DNA of 64,000 nt from Selenomonadaceae bacterium (GCA_963598415.1 CAVBUH010000073.1:131669-195668); one strand, 5' to 3'. Positions 38,029 to 46,434 are shown, counted from the first letter of the stretch. Made by a program: numbers and translations. Notes: generated from the letters alone by a model not told the origin.

Positions 38029-38351
38029 GGGCTGTTGCGTTAAGCAACAAGCCCGGCATCTTCCCGGTTGGGAAACCGGGAAGATGCCGAATCGGGTGTT
38101 TTTGACTGTATTTTCTTTGGATTATTATGAATTTAAATGGTCAAAATTACGGATTTCATCCGCAAAACCCGACTTCGTGGGGCAGTCGCACTAACGTGCT
38201 ACTGCCCCTTGATCCTGCATAAATGGGTTCGTATGAATTTTATTTTGTATCCGAAAACAGAAAATATGACAATTCGGCATTTTCATCAACTGCCGCTGTA
38301 AGAGCATCAAAGCCAGATGTGAATTGTGAAAATTCCGCAGTATTGCCTTAA
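38029..38351 (+). repeat. composite element: 154-nt Z module plus TTAAGG-repeat right terminus
   Basis: 38029..38182 differs at only 6 positions from 60616..60769 in my hand alignment. It ends ...CCGCAGTATTGCCTTAA at 38351. Confidence 0.8.
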
Positions 38352-38635
38352 GCTCTGAAATTATAACCGCAGTCATGGCAGTAATAAATCCTTTTGTGGT
38401 TTGAAAACCATTTTTTAGCCTGCCAAACATGACCTTTACCGCTTACCTTATGTATAATCGCCATCCACCAATCATAAAAAATAAAAACCATAAATCCGAT
38501 CATCCATTTGATCATCAACCATAGAAAGTACCAAATCCCAAATAATATCAAAAATAAACATCCGTGTTTACTTGATTCATTTGAAAGCTGTACTTTGGTG
38601 CTGCCGCATTTCGGACATTTTTGATTGATCGCCAT
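38348..38635 (-). CDS. small zinc-ribbon membrane protein
   Basis: 95 aa. CPKC ... CHDC cysteine pairs flank two hydrophobic helices. GGGAGGA RBS 10 nt upstream of ATG 38635. Confidence 0.55.
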   Translation of the reverse strand: MAINQKCPKCGSTKVQLSNESSKHGCLFLILFGIWYFLWLMIKWMIGFMVFIFYDWWMAIIHKVSGKGHVWQAKKWFSNHKRIYYCHDCGYNFRA

Positions 38636-38824
38636 TTTATTTATTGTTCCTCCCAAATTTTAAAAGTATAACGATTAAAGGTTATCGTACTGAAAAACGC
38701 GGCTTCAATTCCGCCAAACAGGCGTATGCAGTATAGGTGCTTATATACGGGAATATATAGTTGAAATTACATTAAAAAGTCTGGTTATACAAGCATAATT
38801 ATCCCCAATAAATATAAGTTAACA

Positions 38825-39005
38825 TAAGGCAACACCGTTGGATTCACGGCTTGCGCCTTGATTGCAATCTGCTTGCCCGTTTCTCGCCATTACTTCAAAA
38901 GTGCCTTCGGCAGAGGAATCGCGCTTGCTTCCTCAATTTGTATCGTCTGATGAAAAGTATGACTGTGCATCTGTATCCCATCAGAATCCGTCGGTATTGC
39001 CTTAA
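38825..39005 (+). repeat. TTAAGG-terminus repeat, full-length copy (subfamily 2)
   Basis: TAAGGCAACACCGTTGGATTC...GAATCCGTCGGTATTGCCTTAA (about 25 nt inverted termini). Central stem GAGGAA/TTCCTC. Confidence 0.85.
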
Positions 39006-39153
39006 ATCATTTGAGTGCGGTTTATAATTAAAAAATTATTCGGTAAATATGATATATAATATATTAAACCACGTTATTTTTACAATTGCAAGCGTTGGAT
39101 GTATTTTTGTATAACTTTTTTCTTTTGTTTTATCTTAAATTCCGTGTCGGCTC

Positions 39154-39182
39154 TTTACAAATTCCATAAAATATATTATAAT
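39154..39182 (+). promoter_or_regulatory. sigma-A promoter for cysE-cysS
   Basis: TTTACA-17 nt-TATAAT. Confidence 0.6.
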
Positions 39183-39260
39183 TATCTGATAGTAGCTTTT
39201 GCGCGGATACTGTTTCGCCGAGCGCTTCGATAAAATCTGACTTTCAGGAGATTTGGCGAT

Positions 39261-39944
39261 ATGAACAGAGCAGAAAAAATCGCTTTGCTAACATATAAAA
39301 ATATCAGACAGGAGCTTTCCTCAATAAAGGAAAGGGATCCTGCGGCGACAAGCTCGCTTGAGGTAGCTTTGCTTTACTCCGGTTTTCATGCGGTGCTTGC
39401 TTACCGTATAGCCCATATTCTTCATGTGAGGGGATATATAATACCTGCAAGAATAATCAGTCAGACGGCTAAGTTTTTTACGGGGATAGAGATTCATCCC
39501 GGCGCAAAGATCGGTAAGGGTTTGTTTATTGATCACGGAAGCGGCGTCGTCATCGGAGAGACTGCCGAAATCGGAGATAATTGCACGCTTTATCAGGGAG
39601 TGACACTGGGAGGAACCGGAAAGGATATCGGAAAACGCCATCCTACCCTTGGTAATAATGTTATGATAGGAGCCGGCGCAAAGGTTTTGGGACCTTTTAA
39701 AATCGGAGACAATTCCAAAATAGCTTCTAATGCCGTGGTGCTATCGGAGGTGCCGCCGAATTCTACGGCGGTGGGAATCCCGGCGAGAGTAGTCAAAACC
39801 AATAATAAAAGAATTGATCTTGATCAGGTGCATATACCCGATCCCGTCTCTCAGGAGCTGTGCAGACTGCAGCATAAGATAGATTTACTCGAAAGAAAAC
39901 TTTCCGAGATGGAAAACGGAGAAAATAAAAATGAAACTGTATAA
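39261..39944 (+). CDS. cysE: serine O-acetyltransferase
   Basis: 227 aa. Hexapeptide-repeat region (GAKIGKGLFIDHGSGVVIGETAEIGDNCTLYQGVTLGG). Confidence 0.92.
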   Translation: MNRAEKIALLTYKNIRQELSSIKERDPAATSSLEVALLYSGFHAVLAYRIAHILHVRGYIIPARIISQTAKFFTGIEIHPGAKIGKGLFIDHGSGVVIGETAEIGDNCTLYQGVTLGGTGKDIGKRHPTLGNNVMIGAGAKVLGPFKIGDNSKIASNAVVLSEVPPNSTAVGIPARVVKTNNKRIDLDQVHIPDPVSQELCRLQHKIDLLERKLSEMENGENKNETV

Positions 39945-41328
39945 TACGCTGACCAGAAGCAAGGATGAGTTTGTAACAAACGAACCGGGGAAAGTGAAAA
40001 TGTATACCTGCGGTCCGACGGTTTATCATTTTGCTCATATCGGCAACCTTCGTACCTATATTATGGAAGATGTGCTGGTAAGAGCGCTGGACTATCTTGG
40101 CTACGATGTGACGCGGGTGATGAATATTACCGATGTGGGACATCTTTCCGGAGATTCCGATGACGGAGAGGATAAAATGCTCAAAGGCGCGAAGCGCGAG
40201 CATAAAACCGTAATGGAAATCGCAAAATATTATACGGAAGCTTTCTTTAAGGACTGTGAGGCTCTCAATATAAGGCGCCCCGACGTGGTTCAGCCGGCAA
40301 CAGGCTGTATTGCGGAGTTTATCGGTATGATACAGAAGCTGCTTGCCGACGGATACGCTTATGTTTCGGGCGGAAATGTTTATTTTGATATTTCAAAGCT
40401 TGAGAAGTATTATGTATTCGGGGACCATGACGCCGAAAATCTTGAGGTAGGCGTAAGAGACGGAGTCGGAGAGGACGAAAATAAGCGGAATCCTGCCGAT
40501 TTTGCTCTTTGGTTCACAAAATCAAAGTTTGACGATCAGGAGCTCAAATGGGACAGTCCCTGGGGAGTGGGGTATCCCGGATGGCATATCGAGTGCTCGG
40601 CAATCTCTCTCAAATACTGCGGCGAATATCTCGATATTCATTGCGGCGGAATTGATAATGCTTTTCCTCATCATACAAATGAAATTGCACAGTCGGAGGC
40701 ATATCTCGGACATAAGTGGTGTAATTTCTGGTTTCATGTATTGCATCTCAATACGGCAAGCGGAAAAATGTCAAAATCCAAGGGGGAATTCCTGACTCTC
40801 AGTCTGCTTGAGGAAAAGGGCTATGATCCTCTTGCTTATCGGTTCTTCTGTCTTTTGTCTCATTACAGAAAGCCGCTTGTGTTTTCCTACGACGCCCTTG
40901 ACAACGCTGCTACCGCTTATTATAAGCTGAAAGCGCGGTGTGCGGCTCTGTCGGAGGACGGAGAGGTTGACAAAGCCGCGTTTGACGCGAAACGGGCAGA
41001 GTTTTCCGAAACCATCGGAAATGATATCAATACGTCTCTTGCCATAACGGCTGTTTATGATGTGCTGAAGGCGGATATGAATGACGCTACCAAGCGCGCC
41101 GTTATTGAGGATTTTGACCGCGTTCTTGCTCTTGACCTTACAAAGGTTCAGGAGAAAAAAGAGGATTCCGCCGAGAAGGAGGATTCCGCTATCATGGAGC
41201 AGATCGCCCTTCGTGCTGCTGCTAAAAAGGCAAAAAATTATGCCGAAGCGGACAGGATCAGGAATGAACTTGCTGCACAGGGTGTTACGCTTATTGATAC
41301 GCCGCAGGGAACGACATATAAACGCTGA
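39931..41328 (+). CDS. cysS: cysteine--tRNA ligase
   Basis: 465 aa. HIGN (HIGH-type) and KMSKS motifs. 14-nt overlap with cysE. Confidence 0.96.
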   Translation: MKLYNTLTRSKDEFVTNEPGKVKMYTCGPTVYHFAHIGNLRTYIMEDVLVRALDYLGYDVTRVMNITDVGHLSGDSDDGEDKMLKGAKREHKTVMEIAKYYTEAFFKDCEALNIRRPDVVQPATGCIAEFIGMIQKLLADGYAYVSGGNVYFDISKLEKYYVFGDHDAENLEVGVRDGVGEDENKRNPADFALWFTKSKFDDQELKWDSPWGVGYPGWHIECSAISLKYCGEYLDIHCGGIDNAFPHHTNEIAQSEAYLGHKWCNFWFHVLHLNTASGKMSKSKGEFLTLSLLEEKGYDPLAYRFFCLLSHYRKPLVFSYDALDNAATAYYKLKARCAALSEDGEVDKAAFDAKRAEFSETIGNDINTSLAITAVYDVLKADMNDATKRAVIEDFDRVLALDLTKVQEKKEDSAEKEDSAIMEQIALRAAAKKAKNYAEADRIRNELAAQGVTLIDTPQGTTYKR

Positions 41329-41413
41329 TTTTTCCGCAGGAGAAGAGGGGAGAACGATATATAAACGTCGGTTCTTCAGACTCCGCTCTCGTAGGCGGAC
41401 AGGACGGCGGTTT

Positions 41414-41465
41414 TTAAGGTCATGCCGCCAAGGCGCAAGCCGTGAACCCGGTGGTGTTACCTTAA
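41414..41465 (-). repeat. truncated TTAAGG repeat (one end only, about 50 nt)
   Basis: CCAAGGCGCAAGCCGTGAACCCGGTGGTGTTACCTTAA matches the reverse complement of the left arm of the copy at 38825. Confidence 0.65.
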
Positions 41466-41529
41466 GTTCCTGGCTGCCGTTTTATGCGTCGGTCTTATTG
41501 AAAAACGATCTGATAAAAGGATTGGGTTT

Positions 41530-43026
41530 ATGAAAAAAAAGAGCTTGCTTGCGTTTATTCTGATATCGCTTGTTTTATTTTCCTCCTGCGGAATCATAAC
41601 CATAAACAGGGGGACGGTCCAGACATCGGGAGAGAGCGATACAACCGATACCGATATATCCTTACCGACCTATGTGTCAAAGGATTATCCCACTGAAACC
41701 GAAACGGACGGGATGGAGATATCAAAGGATAAAATTGCATTGCTTCCCGATGCGGATTTGGACGGTAAATCGGTTTTTTTTGCTGTGGCAGAAGAGACGG
41801 GAAACATTTTTAACGAAGAAGCGGGTATATATGCACAGTCGGTGCTGTACAGAAATCAACTCGTGAATGAAAAGTATAAAACAAAGCTTATCACACTGAA
41901 AAAAAGCGCGTCGGTGCTCTTTGATGAAGTCAAATCTGCCGATAAATCGGGAGATTATTTCGCTGATTTCGCGGTTATCCAATATGCGAAGATCGGAAGC
42001 TATTATGCGGGCGGTTATTTGCGGAATCTGAAATCGTTGTCTTATGCTGAGCTTTCCGACGATTGTTATAATCAAAGCGCGATGGAACAGCTTACTCTCG
42101 GCGGATATACCGTTGGAGCGGTTGGTTATGCCACAGAGCAAATTGAGCATTACTCTTGTCTCTATTTTAATAAAACGCTTGCCGAAAAGTATGACATATC
42201 GCTTGATTACGAAAGTATTTATTCCGGAGATTTTACCTGGGATGTTTTTCTTGAAATGCTGAAGCGTATTCCGGAAGAAACGGCGTCCTTTGTGAGCGAG
42301 ATTGATAATGACGAACTGATAGCCGCATCCTTCTTTTCTTCCGGGCAGACCTATCTTTCTTCAGACAATGACGGAGAAGGGTTAGGTCTTTCATGCAGTA
42401 CAGAGGCTTCTGCATCGCTTATTGCCTCTTTGAAGGAGCTTTTGGCTTTAAAGACCGACAGTATCAAAAAGGAAGTGCTGAGCGATGCGGAATCGGGAAC
42501 CGAGACAGTAACGCAGGAGATTACTTTATCGGGAGCGGATGTATTTTTGGAAGGGGAGGCACTTTTCTGCTTCGGAAGTCTCGGAACGATGAACATACTG
42601 GAAAACTGCGGGTTTAAATGGGAGGCACTTCCGCTTCCGAAAATAAATGCGTCGGATAAATCATACAGTACGTCGGTTTCTTCCGATGCACCGATTATTA
42701 CCGCGCTTGCGTCGGGAGAGAATATCGATACGATAGGCTATGTCCTGAGAGCTCTGAATGTCGCTTCGTTCGGATATTTAAAATATGATTTTTACAGAAA
42801 TGCAGAAAAAAATCTGATAACCGGTGTAAATACCCTTGATATGATAGATTTTATATGCGAGAATCCGATATATGATCATGCGTCGATGTTCGGAGGCTCC
42901 TATAAGGCGTTAAGAGAGGGAACATATATGGCGTTTATTTCGGCTGCGGAGGGAAGCCGTAGCTTTGAGTACTATCTTTCCAAAAATGCTTCCGCACTTA
43001 ATAAGTATTTGGCGTCACTGCGGTGA
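41530..43026 (+). CDS. extracellular solute-binding-like lipoprotein (orphan, distant paralog of 29549..31036)
   Basis: 498 aa. Signal peptide with LFSSC lipobox-like end. Same overall architecture as 29549..31036. Confidence 0.65.
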   Translation: MKKKSLLAFILISLVLFSSCGIITINRGTVQTSGESDTTDTDISLPTYVSKDYPTETETDGMEISKDKIALLPDADLDGKSVFFAVAEETGNIFNEEAGIYAQSVLYRNQLVNEKYKTKLITLKKSASVLFDEVKSADKSGDYFADFAVIQYAKIGSYYAGGYLRNLKSLSYAELSDDCYNQSAMEQLTLGGYTVGAVGYATEQIEHYSCLYFNKTLAEKYDISLDYESIYSGDFTWDVFLEMLKRIPEETASFVSEIDNDELIAASFFSSGQTYLSSDNDGEGLGLSCSTEASASLIASLKELLALKTDSIKKEVLSDAESGTETVTQEITLSGADVFLEGEALFCFGSLGTMNILENCGFKWEALPLPKINASDKSYSTSVSSDAPIITALASGENIDTIGYVLRALNVASFGYLKYDFYRNAEKNLITGVNTLDMIDFICENPIYDHASMFGGSYKALREGTYMAFISAAEGSRSFEYYLSKNASALNKYLASLR

Positions 43027-43059
43027 ATTGTTAAATTTATATGAACAGGAACATTGCCG

Positions 43060-43088
43060 TTTACAAATGCGAAATTATGTGATATACT
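43060..43088 (+). promoter_or_regulatory. sigma-A promoter for rpsO
   Basis: TTTACA-17 nt-TGaTATACT. Confidence 0.6.
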
Positions 43089-43192
43089 GTTTAAGTATCG
43101 CGTTGTCCCGGCTTCCGGGGAAAGGGCTTTTGCCGATTCACCCGCCGGCTGCTGAGGCATACGCTTATAATAATTTATTGAGGTGAAAAAAC
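43089..43192 (+). promoter_or_regulatory. rpsO 5' leader (possible S15 autoregulatory structure)
   Basis: About 100 nt leader with GC-rich pairing segments (CCCGGCTTCCGGGG, CCGCCGGC) ending at the RBS GAGGTG. Confidence 0.3.
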
Positions 43193-43456
43193 ATGACACC
43201 AGAAATCAAAAAGGGTATTATCGAAAAATATGCCACCCATGAGGGCGATACCGGTTCCCCTGAAGTGCAGATTGCGATTCTTACTTATAGAATCAATAAT
43301 CTGACCGAACATCTTAAGTCCAATGATAAGGATCATCACAGCCGCCGCGGACTTCTTAAAATGGTCGGACACAGAAGAAACCTGTTGGGTTATCTCATGA
43401 AAACGGATATCGAAAGATATCGTGCTATCATTGAAAAGCTCGGAATCAGAAAGTAA
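43193..43456 (+). CDS. rpsO: 30S ribosomal protein S15
   Basis: 87 aa. [14 protein letters not shown] and [15 protein letters not shown] motifs. Confidence 0.97.
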   Translation: MTPEIKKGIIEKYATHEGDTGSPEVQIAILTYRINNLTEHLKSNDKDHHSRRGLLKMVGHRRNLLGYLMKTDIERYRAIIEKLGIRK

Positions 43457-43457
43457 T

Positions 43458-43500
43458 ACCGGGCGGGGTCAGGAGCATCAACAGCCCCACCGGCAGTTTT
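43458..43500 (+). terminator. rpsO terminator/attenuator hairpin
   Basis: ACCGGGCGGGG...CCCCACCGG followed by CAGTTTT. Confidence 0.55.
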
Positions 43501-43754
43501 GAATTGCTCTTAAAGTGGGGAACTGAACCTTAATGCGGTCCGGTTCCTCATTACTGCGTTTATAGCTTCGTAAGTATTTGCGGGGATTATATAATTTTTG
43601 GAAGGCGCTCTTTTTTGCGAGCGTTTTCCCCACGTTTGCGGCGGAGGTCTAATTTCCCGCCGAAGAATGTACGGTTCAGATTTCTGAACGTATGGAAGGT
43701 CCTTTATGTCGCGGGTACATATCGGACAAGATGTTTTTTGATGGAGGAAAAAGA

Positions 43755-45917
43755 ATGTTTGAAAATTACAAGGTATTTGAATACACAATGGCGGGAAGAC
43801 CGCTGAAGATCGAAACGGGAAAGCTTGCCGGACTCGCAAACGGCTCCTGTCTTGTCAGATACGGTGATACTGCTATTCTTGCAACGGCTACCGCAAGCGC
43901 AAAGCCTCGCGATGGAATCGATTTTCTGCCCCTTTCGGTAGATTTTGAGGAGAGACAGTATTCTGTAGGCAAAATTCCCGGAGGCTATTTCAGAAGAGAG
44001 GGAAAACCCTCCGAAAAGGCAATCCTTACCTCCCGTGTGATCGACCGTCCGATACGTCCCCTATTCCCGAAGGATCTTCGTAACGATGTGGCACTGAACC
44101 TGACGGTTATGTCGGTGGATAATGACTGTTCTCCTGAAATTTCGGCAATGATCGGAGCTTCTATTGCGCTTTCTATCTCGGATATTCCGTGGAACGGTCC
44201 GATTGCCGGTGTTTTCGTCGGACTCGTCGATGGGGAATATGTGATAAATCCTACCGCTGCACAGCGTGAAAAAAGTGTTCTTGAGCTTACTGTTGCCGGC
44301 TCTGCCGAAAAAGTCGTTATGATTGAGGCAGGAGCAAAGGAAGTTTCCGATGACGAGATGTTCAATGCTATTATGCTTGCTCATGAGGAGATAAAAAAGC
44401 TGGTTGCTTTTATCAACAACATTGTCAGAGAGATCGGAAAACCGAAATTCAGCTATCCTTCCTGCGAATTCGACCACGATATGTTCGACAAAGTGTTCGA
44501 TTTCTGCGAGAAAGACGTCATGTTTGCCCTTGATACCGATGACAAAACGGTTCGCGACGAGAGAATGGTACCGATAAAGGATGCGATTGTTGAAAAATTT
44601 AGCGAGGAATATCCCGATATCGAAACAAGAATGGAAGAGCTTGTATATAAAATTCAGAAAAAAATCGTGCGTCGCTGGCTTGTCAATGATAAGAAGCGTG
44701 TGGATGGCAGAAGAATGGATGAAATCCGTCCGCTTGATGCAGAGATTGATTTGCTTCCGAGAGCGCATGGGTCAGGGCTTTTTACAAGAGGACAGACGCA
44801 GGTACTGACGGTTGCGACGCTCGGAACGCTCGGAGATCAGCAGATGCTCGACGGTATCGATGAGGAAGAATCCAAGAGATATATGCACCACTATAATATG
44901 CCCGGTTACTCAACCGGTGAAGCAAAACCGGTGCGTTCTCCCGGAAGACGTGAAATCGGTCACGGTGCACTTGCAGAGCGTTCTCTCGTGCCGGTTCTTC
45001 CTTCTGTTGAGGAGTTCCCTTATGCTATTCGCTGCGTTTCCGAGGTGCTTTCCTCAAACGGTTCTACTTCTCAGGCTTCTGTCTGCGGTTCTACCCTTGC
45101 CCTCATGGCGGCAGGCGTGCCGATTAAAGCTCCGGTTGCCGGTATTTCCTGTGGTCTTATTACAGAGGATGATGGAAGCTGGACTACCATGATTGATATT
45201 CAGGGACTTGAGGATTTCTACGGAGATATGGATTTTAAGGTGGCAGGTACTCACAAGGGTATTACCTCCATTCAGATGGATCTGAAAATTGACGGTCTTA
45301 CTCCTGAAATCATTCGCGCTGCTCTCGAAACGACTCATAAGGGACGCGATTATATTATTGATGAAGTTATCCTCAAGGCAATAGACAAGCCGAGAGATGA
45401 GGTATCAGAATATGCGCCCAAGATGATAAGTCTTAAGATAGATCCTGAGAAAATTGGTGATGTTATCGGACCTAAAGGTAAGGTGATTCAGAAAATTCAG
45501 GCTGAAACCGGAACAGAAATCAGCATTGAGGATGATGGTTCTATCTTCATTGCCGCGGTAAAACGCGACGGCGGTCTTGCGGCTGAAGCTGCGATCAGAA
45601 ATATTGTTTTTGAACCGGAAATCGGCGCGGTTTATGAGGGAACGGTTACCCGTGTGATTCCGATCGGTGCATTTGTTGAATTTGCCCCCGGAAAAGAAGG
45701 ATTGGTTCATATTTCCAAACTTGCTCATACAAGAGTGGAAAAGGTCGAGGATGTTTGCAATGTCGGGGATAAGCTCGCCGTGAAATTCCTCGGTGTTGAT
45801 GAGAAGGGCAGAATGAACCTCTCTCATAAGGATACGATTCCGCGTCCTGAGGGAGCGGAAGAGACGGAGTCTATCGAACGTCCCCGCAGACCGTTCAGGC
45901 CGAGACGCGAGCACTGA
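43755..45917 (+). CDS. pnp: polyribonucleotide nucleotidyltransferase (PNPase)
   Basis: Two RNase PH domains, KH and S1 domains. Start at ATG 43755 after GGAGG. Confidence 0.96.
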   Translation: MFENYKVFEYTMAGRPLKIETGKLAGLANGSCLVRYGDTAILATATASAKPRDGIDFLPLSVDFEERQYSVGKIPGGYFRREGKPSEKAILTSRVIDRPIRPLFPKDLRNDVALNLTVMSVDNDCSPEISAMIGASIALSISDIPWNGPIAGVFVGLVDGEYVINPTAAQREKSVLELTVAGSAEKVVMIEAGAKEVSDDEMFNAIMLAHEEIKKLVAFINNIVREIGKPKFSYPSCEFDHDMFDKVFDFCEKDVMFALDTDDKTVRDERMVPIKDAIVEKFSEEYPDIETRMEELVYKIQKKIVRRWLVNDKKRVDGRRMDEIRPLDAEIDLLPRAHGSGLFTRGQTQVLTVATLGTLGDQQMLDGIDEEESKRYMHHYNMPGYSTGEAKPVRSPGRREIGHGALAERSLVPVLPSVEEFPYAIRCVSEVLSSNGSTSQASVCGSTLALMAAGVPIKAPVAGISCGLITEDDGSWTTMIDIQGLEDFYGDMDFKVAGTHKGITSIQMDLKIDGLTPEIIRAALETTHKGRDYIIDEVILKAIDKPRDEVSEYAPKMISLKIDPEKIGDVIGPKGKVIQKIQAETGTEISIEDDGSIFIAAVKRDGGLAAEAAIRNIVFEPEIGAVYEGTVTRVIPIGAFVEFAPGKEGLVHISKLAHTRVEKVEDVCNVGDKLAVKFLGVDEKGRMNLSHKDTIPRPEGAEETESIERPRRPFRPRREH

Positions 45918-45954
45918 AAAATAAAGAATAATTGTTTTCCTACAAAGAATGCAA

Positions 45955-45995
45955 AATAAAGATGCGAGTTGTATTTACAGCTCGCATCTTTATTT
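45955..45995 (+). terminator. pnp terminator
   Basis: AAATAAAGATGCGAG-loop-CTCGCATCTTTATTT. Confidence 0.75.
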
Positions 45996-45996
45996 A

Positions 45997-46403
45997 ATGT
46001 CTACTGAACAAGTCAAAAAAGCGGCTGCTATGAGGTATTCAGAGCATTTTTGACTTGTCTAAGTGCAAGGTTTTTAAGGCAATACTGCCGGGTGCACAGC
46101 TAACGCCTTTATTGCGCATTTGCTTGCATCTTTTCCGTCATACTTCACAAATTTCGTCGGCAGAGGAGTCACTCTTGCCTCCTCAATTTGTATTGTCTGA
46201 CGAAAAATCCGGCGGCGCGACTGCACAATAACCATTGTGCGGTATTGCCTTAAAAACCTTGCACTTAGGTGTTGCGTTTTCATGAAATCAGTAGTTCATC
46301 AAGGAATATCTGCCCCATATAAAAACATTATATACTGCTGTTTTTATATGGGGTATGGCTTTGCCACGCCAATCATTCGCAAAGCGAATGATTCAGTAGA
46401 CAT
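45997..46403. repeat. second palindromic repeat family copy carrying a nested TTAAGG repeat
   Basis: ATGTCTACTGAA at 45997..46008 and TTCAGTAGACAT at 46392..46403. The interior is a chain of perfect hairpins with the 180-nt element inserted into one of them. Confidence 0.55.
46074..46253 (+). repeat. TTAAGG-terminus imperfect-palindrome repeat, full-length type copy (subfamily 1)
   Basis: TTAAGGCAATACTGCCGG...core CTTTTCCGTCATACTTCACAAATTTCGTCGGCAGAGGAG-N10-CTCCTCAATTTGTATTGTCTGACGAAAAATC...GTGCGGTATTGCCTTAA. Flanked by the perfect inverted repeat CTAAGTGCAAGGTTT / AAACCTTGCACTTAG. Confidence 0.9.
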
Positions 46404-46405
46404 TA

Positions 46406-46434
46406 TTTACAATTAGAAATTTTTGTGGTATACT
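46406..46434 (+). promoter_or_regulatory. sigma-A promoter for the response regulator/kinase genes
   Basis: TTTACA-17 nt-TATACT. Begins 3 nt after the right terminus of the palindromic repeat. Confidence 0.55.

Noticed and set aside
38129-38225. Short ORF in the Z module (MNLNGQN[Y/C]GFHPQNPTSWG...), conserved at both loci
   Set aside because: No convincing RBS. The two copies diverge in frame and length after residue 19. The related fragment at 9517..9579 carries a deletion of about 25 nt that breaks the frame.
39006-39260. T-box or other riboswitch upstream of cysE-cysS
   Set aside because: No T-box core sequence and no specifier/antiterminator arrangement is visible. The leader after the TTTACA/TATAAT promoter is only about 70 nt.
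46140-46165. Rex (redox repressor) operator in the repeat core, because of the TTCACAAA / TTTGTGAA half-site
   Set aside because: Only one half-site is present at the proper spacing, and there is no palindromic partner. The similarity is probably coincidental.
46074-46283. Possible small protein encoded inside the repeat family (reverse orientation: GAGGAGG, 6 nt, GTG, then TPLPTKFVKYDGKDASKCAIKALAVHPAVLP, stop in the terminal TTAA). Related track ORFs: 53712..54029, 15829..16038, 9252..9581.
   Set aside because: The GTG is GCG in the 51269 copy and is lost through a 1-nt deletion in the 54052 copy. The stop is lost in the 53815 copy. Indels between copies shift the frame. Conservation is therefore at nucleotide or structure level, not protein level.
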